Shown: piece after piece, positions 19,501-29,340 of the stretch
Layout: each line of letters begins with the position of its first letter
Position numbering within the stretch: position 1 is the first letter of the stretch
Assembly (NCBI GenBank): GCA_963677495.2
Contig: CAXXOU010000004.1
Location: 64,001 to 128,000, forward strand
Source: Candidatus Cloacimonadales bacterium
GTDB lineage: Bacteria > Cloacimonadota > Cloacimonadia > Cloacimonadales > JAFGVF01
Reading direction: 5' to 3'
DNA: 64,000 nucleotides
Notes under the pieces: generated by a model
Seen by the model: the letters and a program-made list of their open reading frames with translations, nothing else
Told to the model about the DNA's origin: nothing
The model's database searches: none
Translations under genes and position numbers: made by a program

Positions 19501-20127
19501 GACCCACTAGCTGTGACTCTTTCAACATTTAATGCAGCTGTCATTAGTGCTGAAGATGTAGAAATCCATTGGGTAACCGAATCTGAAACTTCAACTAACC
19601 ATTATAATATTCTTAGAAGTGCGGAAGAATCAGTTAATCTGGCAGATAACCTTACAATCAATTCTCCAATACTCGCACAACATAATGGCTCAAGCAATGA
19701 GTATTACTATACTGATAGTGAATTCATTTCCGGTGAGACATATTTCTATTGGTTGGAAGCAGTTGAATATGATGGTCAGATCTCTCTATTCGGTCCAATT
19801 GAGGTGATTTGTGAATATGAAGAAGAACCGGGTGATACACCTGACTTAGGAATCACAGCTTTGAATAGTGTATATCCTAATCCTTTCAATCCAAACCTGA
19901 CAATTAGCTTTAGTCTGAAAGAGGAACAGAACATCACAATAGATGTCTATAACTCCCGCGGTCAGTTTGTAGCTAATGTAGTATCAGAACGACTAGGGGA
20001 TGGTGATTACAATAGAACCTGGAATGGTATTGATAGTAATGGAAATACTGCTCAAAGTGGTATCTATTTCATAAAACTTAAAACAGTCGATAAAGTATTT
20101 ACAAGTAAAGCTGTATTACTTAAGTAA
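16582..20127 (+). CDS. Secreted M6 (immune inhibitor A-like) metalloprotease with Ig-like/adhesin domains and FlgD-Ig/T9SS-like CTD
   Basis: Signal peptide, propeptide GDEYVHW, CHEFGHNLGAPDFYD, WDLMGSG, LLENRQ, PLAVTLSTF, YPNPFNP...KAVLLK. Confidence 0.9.
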   Translation: MKKTLFLFFILCLFSAIIAVPASPYPLTKALPDGSELTIRLMGDEYVHWAQTVDGYTLIEENGFYFYGVKNGEDLINSGIRAHDFKDATEQEFCRTHKTDLRYSRRQVAEKLEAFPKRNYNQRVGGFPTTGTRNLLMILANFSDTSTLHGQSSFNNYMNQTNYNGTGSFKDYYLENSHNQLTVNTTVTAWVNVTGTHDSYGPEAQWDDFAYHAIQAADAAGVDFSTFDNDGDGVVEGIAIIHQGPGQESTSDTSDIWSHSYSLAYSYSSAARTFDGVQVGEYTVQPELAGTGTSMATIGVMCHEFGHNLGAPDFYDTDYSTGGQQSGTGYWDLMGSGAWNNNGATPAHHNAYSKWKYYNWISPTLLTAAFSPSLNSSVSSTTDYYYYTTTTANEFFLLENRQQTGFDSYIPGHGLIVYHVDENYIATHLNSNDINASSHQGMYLKAAGGSVNASTCPFPGTGFKTSFTDTSSPNSHSWLGANTNKPITNISESAGVISLDFMGGSYVTTAITSPNDGSNHFVGDTITVNATSTTTVGLVAYTTIVVADAMGTPIWNDQDNTQPWSFDWNTTLGLSPGRYTLNVTGYGTTGHTHSDIISVYVNDEGVILSEGFEVGTIPGGWNELIISGTVGWQFLAGNGGSNPPMSSEGSLNAVLRDTDSADDKTRLVTPLLSFGQYTNNKEISFDLCQQFWPNDQDEFELYMSVDGGAWALLLGVYTDIPNWTTQSIPINTSGTTYQFAFEGNAKYGYGVCIDNIQITGEDPNPKPAINPLPVDMASDVDPSMTLTWNPDPTGTAPTGYSVYLDTSVNPTTLVSVANSTSLDTALNHGSTYFWKVVPNTSSKGDAPNCPIWSFTTANVQPTDNTGAGDVAPTNEADIPEGTVIVIDDPTEEPSVPSGTVLLEDVVVSVTSSSPVTLRVTIDFIGNGTHVYHVEGDTNLADGILNWGAGTVWFDYTFSGAAKGDDTFVVIDEGDPLAVTLSTFNAAVISAEDVEIHWVTESETSTNHYNILRSAEESVNLADNLTINSPILAQHNGSSNEYYYTDSEFISGETYFYWLEAVEYDGQISLFGPIEVICEYEEEPGDTPDLGITALNSVYPNPFNPNLTISFSLKEEQNITIDVYNSRGQFVANVVSERLGDGDYNRTWNGIDSNGNTAQSGIYFIKLKTVDKVFTSKAVLLK

Positions 20128-20142
20128 AAACGAATGATAATT

Positions 20143-20170
20143 TAAGGCTATGAGAATTCTCATAGCCTTA
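20143..20170. terminator. Bidirectional terminator hairpin between convergent genes
   Basis: Perfect palindrome TAAGGCTATGAGAATTCTCATAGCCTTA. Confidence 0.75.
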
Positions 20171-20614
20171 TTTATTTACGTAAAGCTCCATTATTACTTC
20201 ATCATTAGCTTTGTATGTCTCACCGGTTTCTTTAAACCCAAGCTTTTTATAAAGGGCTTCAGCTCTCTTGTTATCTCTATTGTAATTCAGAGTAATGACC
20301 TTGCAATCATCAAACTCAGATAGATATTCAATCAATGCTTTCATTGCCTCAGTCCCATATCCTTTGCCTTGAAGCTTCTTATCTATTACAATCACAAGGA
20401 TATCGTATGCAATCCTGGGTTCCGTATCTTTCTCATAGGAAGCAAACCCAATGACATGATCATCTCGATAAATCGCTAAAGGTATTTTGGATGGTAGCAC
20501 ATATGATAAAGCGATATTATTAACAACCGGGGCAAGAAACTGAGGATCAATTCCGGTGTCTATATTAATACATGCTTTAATGTTCTCAATAGTTATAGGT
20601 TTGATTGTAATCAT
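20168..20614 (-). CDS. GNAT family N-acetyltransferase
   Basis: IDKKLQGKGYG acetyl-CoA motif; N..A..LYKKLGF. Confidence 0.9.
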   Translation of the reverse strand: MITIKPITIENIKACINIDTGIDPQFLAPVVNNIALSYVLPSKIPLAIYRDDHVIGFASYEKDTEPRIAYDILVIVIDKKLQGKGYGTEAMKALIEYLSEFDDCKVITLNYNRDNKRAEALYKKLGFKETGETYKANDEVIMELYVNK

Positions 20615-20769
20615 AATCTCTCCTTATTCGGATTATTTAAGTAGAAGTAAATTCTTTTAGGTCTGGTTGACAAGTAAAAATTATCAAGTCCTGTCCCAGT
20701 GAATGCTCTATCGAGCTGTGGCCAAGCAGGCAGCATGCTCTACAATTCGACTTGCAATATTGATCAACC

Positions 20770-21230
20770 TTCCAGCTCTGAAAGAGCGATTGTTTAATAG
20801 CCCCATGCGACAACTTGTCGCTTGGGATTAAAGATCTCGGACATTGATTTAGCCCTGAAGGGGCGTAAGAGCTCAAACGTGTTAATCTTTCGCCCCTATA
20901 GGGCTACTATCTTCTTTTATTACATTACCACATGCCAAAGCATATGGCTATTGAACAGACGCCTTTTCAAGGCTAAAGCAATCTATGAGAGCTATGTGCA
21001 AGTGAGGGCACTTACACTACATTCCAGCCCTAAATGGGCTGTTTGTGAATAGCCCCGAGTTTTGTGAACCCGGGGTAATGTACTCCATAAGACCATTATA
21101 ACCCTGAAGGGGTTCAACGATTCCTTTGTATGCAAAAACGATTTCCCGATAGGGAAACATAATACTAGCCATTGGATCCACGACCCATGGACATGAAACA
21201 AACAATCCCCAATCCGATTAGGATTGCACT
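20770..21230. repeat. Cluster of REP-like hairpins (CCCTGAAGGGG type) of the kind associated with Y1 transposases
   Basis: AGCCCTGAAGGGGCG, CGCCCCTATAGGGCT, ACCCTGAAGGGGTT, AATAGCCCC twice; no credible ORF. Confidence 0.7.
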
Positions 21231-21400
21231 AATACAATTTCCAAACAGTGGTATAATGCAATCCATGAAGATGGATTAACAAGTCTTGATTTAACCCTTG
21301 ACACCGAGAAAATGTATGGAGTTAATAAACAAAACAGATTGACCCAATATTTTGAATCTGCAGAAGCTTCCAAATATTGTGTCCTTAAAAGGTCGTAACT

Positions 21401-23791
21401 ATGAAAAGAATCATTCTATTTATACTTCTACTGCTTCCATTATTCTTATTTGCAAATATAATAACAATACCGGATGTTTTCACAACTATACAAGATGGTA
21501 TTGATGTTGCTGCTTCCGGAGATACTGTTTTAGTGTTACCCGGTACTTATTACGAAAATATTGAGTTTAGTAATAAATCCAATGTTACATTGTGCTCATT
21601 GGAAGCTACCACCGGAGATTCATCATACATACATACCACAATTATTAATGGGAGCAATGAGCAGAATCCTGTTATTTTATGTTTGCAGAATGTATATGAT
21701 TCTACTTTTAGAGGATTATCAATCACTGGTGGAACAGGTTGTGCTTTTTCAAGTGAAGGTGTTTATGGATGGTATGTATATGGTGGAGGACTGTATTTTG
21801 CATATGGATCAGATGTGTTCATAATTAATTGCGAAATATATGGTAATTCTGCATCAAAAGGAGGAGGAATATTTTGGGGGCATGAAGATGTAAATTGTTC
21901 AATGAGCAATGTGAACATTTATAACAATGTTGCGAAGTTTAGTGGTGGGGGAGTGTGTTTTGAAAGCTCAGGTGATGAATATAGCAATGTTGTCTTCGAC
22001 CAGATTGATAGATGCAGTATTTATAACAATTATAGTCCCATTGGAGCTGATATCGCATGGAATTACAATGATATGAACACAATTGATATATATCTTGACT
22101 TGTTTACATGGTATGAGCCTGCGAAGTATTATGTAGATGCGTTCGAAGCTCAATATGTTTATCCCAATATTAACCCACACCCAATCTTTGATATTCAAAG
22201 ATCATGTATAACACCTGTGGAGAATAACCTTTATGTATCTATGAGTGGAGATGATTCAAATAGTGGTCTAACGGTTGATGAACCTCTTCGAACAGCTTGG
22301 AAAGCGTTTCAACAAATCAATCCTAGTGATGATAATCCATTAACAGTTTTTCTACTTGATGGAGATTTTACTGAAATCGTAAATAATGAATGTGTTCCAA
22401 TAGTGACAAAATCAAACACAACATTACAAGGTGTGTCTACAGAATCTACTCATATTTATGCTTCGAACTTAGTTAATGCTCCTGTCTCATCCTCTATATC
22501 ATTGGGAACACATCATACAAATACTACAATCAGGGATTTAGCTATCACTGTTGATCATGGTTCTGCAATTGGTGGTTATAGTCCGTTAAATGCTGTGTTA
22601 GATAATATTCTGGTTATTGACTCAGACATAGCTCATCACAATAGTGCTTTGAATTTTAACGGCACAAATGGCACATTGTCCCTTACTAACTCAAAGATTA
22701 TTAATAATACTTCTAGTATTGGAACTGCTTTAATTTGCACTATTAGTGAGATATTGATTGAGAATGTAGATTTTATTGGTAATAGTACTGTATGGGACGG
22801 TGGCTTTGATATAGCATTTGGGGTGCATAGAATCTATGCTTTAAACGAAGTCATTATAAGGAATTGCAGGTACATTAATAACAGCCTTTATAATGATTCA
22901 TATGTAGGTTTGATTGATATTTTTGCATTAGATAATTATCCCAAAGTTTTGTTTGATAATTGCTTAGTAGCCAACAATACTGTTTCTGGTGTTGGATATT
23001 CATTTGTTTGTAATAGTGATTATGAAGAGATAGTTGTCACTAACTCCACTTTTGCAAATAACACAGGTGTTTCGGACTACTTTTTATCATTCCATGATTC
23101 AGCCAATGTATCGAATTGTATTGTGTATAATAATATAGGCCATAATTATGATATTGGTATGCATGGAAACTCAAGTATCAACAACTGCTTATTTAGTAAT
23201 TCAACAGATATATATAATGTTTATTTAGATGAGCCCATAGAATTTGGTGCTAACAACCTAGTTGGAACCGACCCATTATTTGTAGGTGGAGATCCTGCAT
23301 TTCTTGAATACTATTATCTATCAGGAGATGATACCGAGATGGGACCTTCTCCTGCTATAGATGCAGGGACAATGGATTTATCACTATTCCCTGCAAACTA
23401 CGAGTTCCCTTTATATGATCTTGCAGGTGAGGATAGGATTTATGGCAGTAGCATCGATATTGGTTGCTATGAGTTCCCCGGGTATACAAATGCACAAGAT
23501 GAAGTTCCGAGTCTTGAACCTTACAGTTTAGCTAACTACCCTAATCCTTTTAATCCTTCAACTAACATCTCATTTACAATACCGGTGAAGACTAAGGTTG
23601 AACTTGCTGTCTATAATGTGAAAGGGCAGAGAATCAAAACTTTATATCATGATGAGATGGAGAGTGGGGAGCATCATGTTGTATGGGATGGTAAGGATGA
23701 TGATAACAGAACTGTATCATCAGGAATTTATTTTTGTAAGATGAGAAGTAAAGGTAAGAGTATTACTACGAAAATGGTGTTGATGAAATAG
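21401..23791 (+). CDS. Secreted right-handed beta-helix (pectin-lyase-like/DUF1565-like) protein with FlgD-Ig/T9SS-like CTD
   Basis: TIQDGID..GDTVLV.PGTYYE, GGG repeats, YVSMSGDDSNSG, SPAIDAG, DIGCYE, NYPNPFNP..KMVLMK. Confidence 0.82.
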   Translation: MKRIILFILLLLPLFLFANIITIPDVFTTIQDGIDVAASGDTVLVLPGTYYENIEFSNKSNVTLCSLEATTGDSSYIHTTIINGSNEQNPVILCLQNVYDSTFRGLSITGGTGCAFSSEGVYGWYVYGGGLYFAYGSDVFIINCEIYGNSASKGGGIFWGHEDVNCSMSNVNIYNNVAKFSGGGVCFESSGDEYSNVVFDQIDRCSIYNNYSPIGADIAWNYNDMNTIDIYLDLFTWYEPAKYYVDAFEAQYVYPNINPHPIFDIQRSCITPVENNLYVSMSGDDSNSGLTVDEPLRTAWKAFQQINPSDDNPLTVFLLDGDFTEIVNNECVPIVTKSNTTLQGVSTESTHIYASNLVNAPVSSSISLGTHHTNTTIRDLAITVDHGSAIGGYSPLNAVLDNILVIDSDIAHHNSALNFNGTNGTLSLTNSKIINNTSSIGTALICTISEILIENVDFIGNSTVWDGGFDIAFGVHRIYALNEVIIRNCRYINNSLYNDSYVGLIDIFALDNYPKVLFDNCLVANNTVSGVGYSFVCNSDYEEIVVTNSTFANNTGVSDYFLSFHDSANVSNCIVYNNIGHNYDIGMHGNSSINNCLFSNSTDIYNVYLDEPIEFGANNLVGTDPLFVGGDPAFLEYYYLSGDDTEMGPSPAIDAGTMDLSLFPANYEFPLYDLAGEDRIYGSSIDIGCYEFPGYTNAQDEVPSLEPYSLANYPNPFNPSTNISFTIPVKTKVELAVYNVKGQRIKTLYHDEMESGEHHVVWDGKDDDNRTVSSGIYFCKMRSKGKSITTKMVLMK

Positions 23792-23809
23792 TATCATAGT
23801 ATAATTAGT

Positions 23810-23839
23810 AAGAGTGCTCTAAGGTAGGGCACTCTTTTT
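23810..23839 (+). terminator. Intrinsic terminator
   Basis: AAGAGTGCTCT-AAGGT-AGGGCACTCTT followed by T run. Confidence 0.75.
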
Positions 23840-23869
23840 ATTTGACAAGCAAAAAGCTCTTACTTAAAT

Positions 23870-25090
23870 ATGCGTATGAAAAAGGCATTAATCAACCCTG
23901 ATGTAACAATGGTGCTTTATATCTTGTTACTAATAATGACTCCGTTCCTGATGTTAATGAACTATCTTCAACAGTTTATTGGAGATTTTTCTAAGTTATC
24001 ATTCAGTCTTGGACCTGTGAATATTCCCTATAGTGTATCGATTGTTGTGGTTGTTTTAACTGCGACATTGATTGCATTTAGGAAGCAGATTACCCCACTA
24101 AAATTGCTGTTTTCACTAATTACAATCGGTTTGTTCTTTGTGGGGCAACAGATGAGTGACTGGTATTTTAATCACACTTACTATGACCTTCAGCATAATT
24201 GGCATTATGTTGCTTATGGCATCTTTGCGTTTATCGCATATAGAGCCTTCCGACGTAAGGGATATAGTGAAACGAAGATAATTTACTTAACTTTCATCAC
24301 TGCCATCATTGCCAGTAGTTTTGATGAATTTGTGCAAGTCTATATCTCTTCACGTATATTCGATGTGTCTGATATTGCAAAGGATACTTTCGGTGTATGT
24401 GTAGGTTTGTTCTTCTTACATTTCGTTCTCAAAGATAGATTTATTCTTAAGAATAGGGTAGAAGTAAAGACGTTAAAAGAGTACTTACATCAACCTATCC
24501 CTGCATTAAGAGTTTGCTTTATCTTTGCTTTTGTTATGCTTGCATTATCCTCATTACTTACAGACGAGAAGTACGTAGTTCATAACTTCGTGGGCTCGAT
24601 AATAGTTAGTAGTATAATCGTGTATTTAGTATATGCATGCAGAAACAAGATTGTACGATATGTGACGTTAGGATTGCTAATCTTGATATGCCTTTCAGGA
24701 ATAATCTCTTATCAGCTCAACAAGGATTATGGAGTGATGCAGGCAAAATATGGCTTCACTGTTTATCGTGGAATCCCAATTCCGTTTTTTGATATCTTCA
24801 TCTTCGAAGATGGTTCGTTCAGACTTGTTGATAAGAAGCATAGCTTTAATGCCAGGGATAGGAATAAGATATTATTTGAAGCATCAGATATTGTTATAAT
24901 CGGAGCAGGCTATAAGAATAAGGGTGGGAAAGGCTTTAACTTAGAGCGTAAGTCAGGTTTTATCTACAATACGGATAAGAAGATGGGGACACAATTTATA
25001 ATCCAAAGAACAGATAAAGCTGTAGAAACATATAACAAACTACGCAGGGAGGGAAAGAATGTCACGTTCGTCATCCATACAACCTGCTAA
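23870..25090 (+). CDS. VanZ-like membrane protein with C-terminal Mth938/DUF498-like domain
   Basis: Multiple TM segments; HYVAYG, DEFVQ..SR.FDVSD VanZ motifs; C-terminal IIGAG..T..AV.TYN.L...HTTC. Confidence 0.65.
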   Translation: MRMKKALINPDVTMVLYILLLIMTPFLMLMNYLQQFIGDFSKLSFSLGPVNIPYSVSIVVVVLTATLIAFRKQITPLKLLFSLITIGLFFVGQQMSDWYFNHTYYDLQHNWHYVAYGIFAFIAYRAFRRKGYSETKIIYLTFITAIIASSFDEFVQVYISSRIFDVSDIAKDTFGVCVGLFFLHFVLKDRFILKNRVEVKTLKEYLHQPIPALRVCFIFAFVMLALSSLLTDEKYVVHNFVGSIIVSSIIVYLVYACRNKIVRYVTLGLLILICLSGIISYQLNKDYGVMQAKYGFTVYRGIPIPFFDIFIFEDGSFRLVDKKHSFNARDRNKILFEASDIVIIGAGYKNKGGKGFNLERKSGFIYNTDKKMGTQFIIQRTDKAVETYNKLRREGKNVTFVIHTTC

Positions 25091-26000
25091 GAAGCATATT
25101 GAATCCTTGGAACTTCAAGATAAAGTATTGGGTATTATAGTTGTATCGTTTTGGGCATTTCTGCTAGTTTTTGGACTCCTTACACTTGTTTTAGGAGATT
25201 ACTGGCTAGGTAAAGCAGAAAAGACAGGACGATATACAGAAGCTAAAAGCTTCAAGAACCAAGCTGACTTGCTCATGCAAGAGCAAAAATATCAACAAGC
25301 GATACATATATATAATGACGTTCTAAAACTTAGTCCTGATTATCTGGATGCACTCGGTAACAGTGCTATCGCACATATGAATCTAAAGCAGTATGATAAA
25401 GCTATTCAACAATATAAAACGTTGCTAAAGAAGGGATATAAAGAACCTGAGAAGTGTTATGCAGGTATTGCAACTTGCTATCAGCATAAGAATGACATCA
25501 GTAAAGCGATTGAGTACTATACGAAAGCAGAGGAAGCATCACCAATTGAAGGAAAGAATAGTCTTTCTTTAGCTCATCTCTTGGCAGGACAAAGTAATTT
25601 CCCGGAAGCTATAAAGCATTATGAAGCCGGGATAAGAAGCATATCCTCATTTAAGGATGAGTATTTGAGAATGCTGGCCAAACTCAGGAACATCAATATT
25701 GTAGAGAATACTTTCTCAGATAAGAGCTCAGAGGACATCAGTAAGTTGTATCATGAACTTATGAATAGTGCTCCTTCTGATGAAGAGTTAAGTGCCAGAT
25801 ATAGTAAAGGTCACTTTAACAGTACTCTATATTACAATCGAGAGTTAGCAGATGCCTACAATAATCTTGGGCTTTGTTATGCCCAAATTGGTAGATTGCA
25901 AGAAGCTAAATCCAACTTCGAGTATGCTTTGAAGATACTGCCGGGATATAAAGGTGCGGAACGTAATCTAAGTTTAGTAAAGAAAGACCTAAATAAATAG
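25059..26000 (+). CDS. Membrane-anchored TPR protein
   Basis: One N-terminal TM segment; AYNNLGLCY..GRLQEA..FEYAL-type repeats. Confidence 0.8.
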   Translation: MSRSSSIQPAKKHIESLELQDKVLGIIVVSFWAFLLVFGLLTLVLGDYWLGKAEKTGRYTEAKSFKNQADLLMQEQKYQQAIHIYNDVLKLSPDYLDALGNSAIAHMNLKQYDKAIQQYKTLLKKGYKEPEKCYAGIATCYQHKNDISKAIEYYTKAEEASPIEGKNSLSLAHLLAGQSNFPEAIKHYEAGIRSISSFKDEYLRMLAKLRNINIVENTFSDKSSEDISKLYHELMNSAPSDEELSARYSKGHFNSTLYYNRELADAYNNLGLCYAQIGRLQEAKSNFEYALKILPGYKGAERNLSLVKKDLNK

Positions 26001-26009
26001 GGTTTTAAT

Positions 26010-27410
26010 ATGTATATAGAAGAAAAAGATCCATTAGTACGGGCTAAACTGGAAAAGTGGCAAGACTTGAAGTTTGGTTTAATGATGCACTGGGGTGCAT
26101 ACAGCGTTTGGGGTATTGTGGAGTCATGGTCGATTTGTCCCGAAGAGTATGAATGGTGCGAGCGGAAACATGGCTCGAATCCCAATGACTACAACACTTA
26201 TGTTCGAGATTATGAACAGCTACCAAAAGTCTTTAATCCAACTAAGTTCAATCCACAAAAATGGGCAGAGACAGCTAAGAAAGCCGGTATGAAATATGTT
26301 GTCTTTACAACTAAACATCATGATGGGTTCTGCATGTATGACTCTAATTTTACTGATTACAAAATCACTAATCCTAAATATCCTTTTAGTGACGATAAGA
26401 ATGCGGATATTAGCTTAGCTGTTTTTAATGCTTTTAGGGATGCCGGAATGTGGGCTGGTGTTTATTTCTCTAAACCTGATTGGCATAGTCCCCACTATTG
26501 GGATCCTAAGTATCCACCTAAAAACAGGAATGTTAACTATAATCCCGAATCTAATCCTGAGAAATGGCAAAAGTTTGTTGATTTTACTCATAATCAGATT
26601 TTAGAACTTATGAGTGGATATGGAAATATAGACATTCTTTGGCTTGATGGCGGTTGGGTAAGGAAGAAGAGTAATCAGGAGATACAGGAGTATTACAGTA
26701 ATATTCTTAACAATCCCGGTGATAACTACATTATTGAACACATGATTAATCAAGATATCAAGATGGATGATTTAGTGGAGAAAGCAAGAGTCAAACAACC
26801 GGGACTCATTGTAGTTGATAGAGAGGTTAAGGGTAAGAACCAAAATTATCTAACCCCGGAGAACACGGTTCCGGAAAAGGAACTACCCTATCCTTGGGAA
26901 TCATGCATCATTGCAGGTGGTGGTTGGTCCTATTCAGAAGATGCGAAGTATATGAGTGGTCGAGAAGCTATTCATCTGCTTATTGATATTGTCGCTAAAG
27001 GTGGGAATCTACTTCTAAACATTGCTCCATCACCGGAAGGGGAGTGGCAGGAAGGTGCATATAAACTTCTAGGTGAGTATGCAGACTGGTTAGCTGTTAA
27101 TGGTGAAGGCATATATGAAACCAGAGCTCTAGCTCCGTATAAGGAGAACAACATCTGTATGACACAAAAGAAGGATGGGACAAAGTATTTCTTCTATCTT
27201 GCTGATGAAGAAGAGGAACTTCCATCTGAGATTGTAATCAAGTCACATTGTCCAGAAGCAGGTTCTAAAGTCTATATGCTAGGGTATGATGCTGCTTTGA
27301 AATGGTACAAGTTAGATAAGGGTTTCAAAGTAATAATATCTGATAGTATAAGAAAGAATCCACCATGTAAATATGCCTGGGGAATAAAGATGTACACCGA
27401 TCACCCCTGA
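26010..27410 (+). CDS. Alpha-L-fucosidase (GH29)
   Basis: KFGLMMHWG, TTKHHDGF, YFSKPDW, ILWLDGG, GGNLLLN. Confidence 0.92.
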   Translation: MYIEEKDPLVRAKLEKWQDLKFGLMMHWGAYSVWGIVESWSICPEEYEWCERKHGSNPNDYNTYVRDYEQLPKVFNPTKFNPQKWAETAKKAGMKYVVFTTKHHDGFCMYDSNFTDYKITNPKYPFSDDKNADISLAVFNAFRDAGMWAGVYFSKPDWHSPHYWDPKYPPKNRNVNYNPESNPEKWQKFVDFTHNQILELMSGYGNIDILWLDGGWVRKKSNQEIQEYYSNILNNPGDNYIIEHMINQDIKMDDLVEKARVKQPGLIVVDREVKGKNQNYLTPENTVPEKELPYPWESCIIAGGGWSYSEDAKYMSGREAIHLLIDIVAKGGNLLLNIAPSPEGEWQEGAYKLLGEYADWLAVNGEGIYETRALAPYKENNICMTQKKDGTKYFFYLADEEEELPSEIVIKSHCPEAGSKVYMLGYDAALKWYKLDKGFKVIISDSIRKNPPCKYAWGIKMYTDHP

Positions 27411-27467
27411 TCGGTCTTAACATAGTGCAATTGTCCCCTCATGCAGATAGCTCAATAAGAGCTATGA

Positions 27468-27512
27468 ATTCCCCTCTTACAGAGAGGTGCCCTTTTAACG
27501 GTGGGGTGTTTT
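27468..27512. repeat. CCCCTCT..AGAG(A/G)GG palindromic element
   Basis: ATTCCCCTCTTACAGAGAGGTGCCCTTTTAACGGTGGGGTGTTTT; relatives near 3275 and 48407. Confidence 0.75.
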
Positions 27513-27640
27513 ACTAGCGTTAGATTTTTACAGGACATTCATCAGCTTTAACTATGTTATAGCATATTACATTCAGTGTTAGTTGACTCCTACGTCACAG
27601 CAATTCAGGAGAATCAGTACAATGGAAATCTGAAGTATAA

Positions 27641-27710
27641 CCACGCATTTTCCACGGGTAAACCACGCCTAAACCACGGGAGCTGTGGTCAACCCGTGGA
27701 TTACCCGTGG
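27641..27710. repeat. 11-bp-phased palindrome, family C (CCACG x4, YGTGG x3)
   Basis: CCACG at 27641,27652,27663,27674; TGTGG/CGTGG at 27684,27695,27706. Confidence 0.85.
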
Positions 27711-27816
27711 TAAGGTTTGCCATTTGTATGTCGGATTGATGCTGGCTTATTTCGATTTGAAATGCAGTGATATTCTACACTATTTATTCAATAATTCCAG
27801 TCACAATTGCTAGAAA

Positions 27817-28662
27817 CTATTTAAACTTATACTTTACAAGGAAAGTATGTTTCCTATCCTTCATCTCACTCATTGTGTAATATGATTGGTGATTAGGTCC
27901 CCACATTATTGCTTCTCCTTGGGGTTCGGATTCATATGGCAGAATTGCATTAGGTGTACGTGAACACATCTCTCCAATTGATTCACCGGGTTTACGTTTC
28001 CAGTAAAAAACATCTATATAGGTTCTGATCAAGAGGTGCTGACTATCTTCTGAAAGGTCTCCTCCTGTAGCGATGGCAATTGGTAGTGTCCCAACTAGTT
28101 TTGCTTTAACTCTTTCGGGTCCTAAGGAAGAAATGTTCTCCAGCTCAAATACTTTAGAAAAGTCACCCCATTTAGTTACAATGTAAAGATTGTCTGTTGA
28201 GGTGTCATAGAAGAGTGTCTCAGCATCATAACTGTTCTTATCCATCGAGAAACTTAATGTCCTTATACTATCTAACTGTACATAGTTTCGATCCGGTGTT
28301 GGAAGTGTGACATATACGAGATAAGCTTTATAGTCCTTCTTAAAGAACTTATTGTTTCCGATGTCCCCTACTAAAAGAAAACCTCTATCATCACCGATAG
28401 AAGCAGCTGTCATATCTTCCCAATCCCGATTCTTAAACTGACGTGGTAGCCCAATGGATTGTCTGATATTACCATTGTAATCAAGAACCTGAATCTCATT
28501 TGCGTTACCGGAATCATTGATTGCAAAGAGGAGAGAATCACAATTAGAAAATGTGTCAATACCGGAAACTTCCGTGACTCTGTCGGATCTATATTCAATC
28601 TTACTTTGAGCCCACGAATAGGTGAGAGTCATTAGCATTAGGAATGTTATAATTTTATTCAT
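27817..28662 (-). CDS. Secreted hypothetical protein, probable beta-propeller
   Basis: Signal peptide; EVSGI, NDSG, DWED, GDIGNN, DAE, TGGDLS, QGEAI blade-like motifs. Confidence 0.65.
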   Translation of the reverse strand: MNKIITFLMLMTLTYSWAQSKIEYRSDRVTEVSGIDTFSNCDSLLFAINDSGNANEIQVLDYNGNIRQSIGLPRQFKNRDWEDMTAASIGDDRGFLLVGDIGNNKFFKKDYKAYLVYVTLPTPDRNYVQLDSIRTLSFSMDKNSYDAETLFYDTSTDNLYIVTKWGDFSKVFELENISSLGPERVKAKLVGTLPIAIATGGDLSEDSQHLLIRTYIDVFYWKRKPGESIGEMCSRTPNAILPYESEPQGEAIMWGPNHQSYYTMSEMKDRKHTFLVKYKFK

Positions 28663-28704
28663 GATTATAGAGTAATCCTATTAGGAAGATTCCAAACAAT
28701 TAGT

Positions 28705-29331
28705 TCAACCCAATAAGATCTCTTCTCCCGGTTTACTGACACTAAGCATCTGGAAGTTTGATGAAAGTTTCGGCATAAAAAGATGTTTTAGTTCGTCATA
28801 TCTATGTTCACGTGACATCCAAAGATCTGCTTCTTCATCAGTTATAATAACCGGCATACGGTGATGAACTTGGGATACTAAAGAATTTGCTTGTGTTGTA
28901 ATAATGATGCAAGTATCAAGCTGAGTACCATCCGGAGAGTGCCAGCTATCATGCAAACCTGCAAGGTAGAATGGTTTCTTATCCTTACGTCTGAAATAGA
29001 AAGGTTGCCCCTTACGCCATTCGTAGAAGCCGTCAGCAGGGATAAGCGAACGTTTATACTTCAAACTTGTTTTGAAACTGGGTTTTTGGTGAAGTGTTTC
29101 AGACCGTGCATTTATCATTTTTTGTCCGATTTTAGGATCCTTTGCCCAATATGGTATAAGTCCCCATAACCTAGCTGTAAGAATAAGTTTATCAGCTTCT
29201 CTTGTAAGTTGTGGAATAGCCATTCCGGGGGATATATTATAGTGAGGTTGGAACCCTTTCAGTTCATCAATATAGATGAAGCGAGACATAATGTCAGTTG
29301 GAGCTGTGAATAGAGCAAATCTTCCACACAT
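28705..29331 (-). CDS. SOS response-associated peptidase (SRAP; YedK/HMCES family)
   Basis: N-terminal MCGRF, INARSET, GFYEW, HHRMPV. Confidence 0.93.
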   Translation of the reverse strand: MCGRFALFTAPTDIMSRFIYIDELKGFQPHYNISPGMAIPQLTREADKLILTARLWGLIPYWAKDPKIGQKMINARSETLHQKPSFKTSLKYKRSLIPADGFYEWRKGQPFYFRRKDKKPFYLAGLHDSWHSPDGTQLDTCIIITTQANSLVSQVHHRMPVIITDEEADLWMSREHRYDELKHLFMPKLSSNFQMLSVSKPGEEILLG

Positions 29332-29340
29332 AATATTCTC

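Noticed and set aside
20637..21205. Small ORFs as a transposase remnant
   Set aside because: No HUH or DDE motifs; the region consists of REP-like hairpins.
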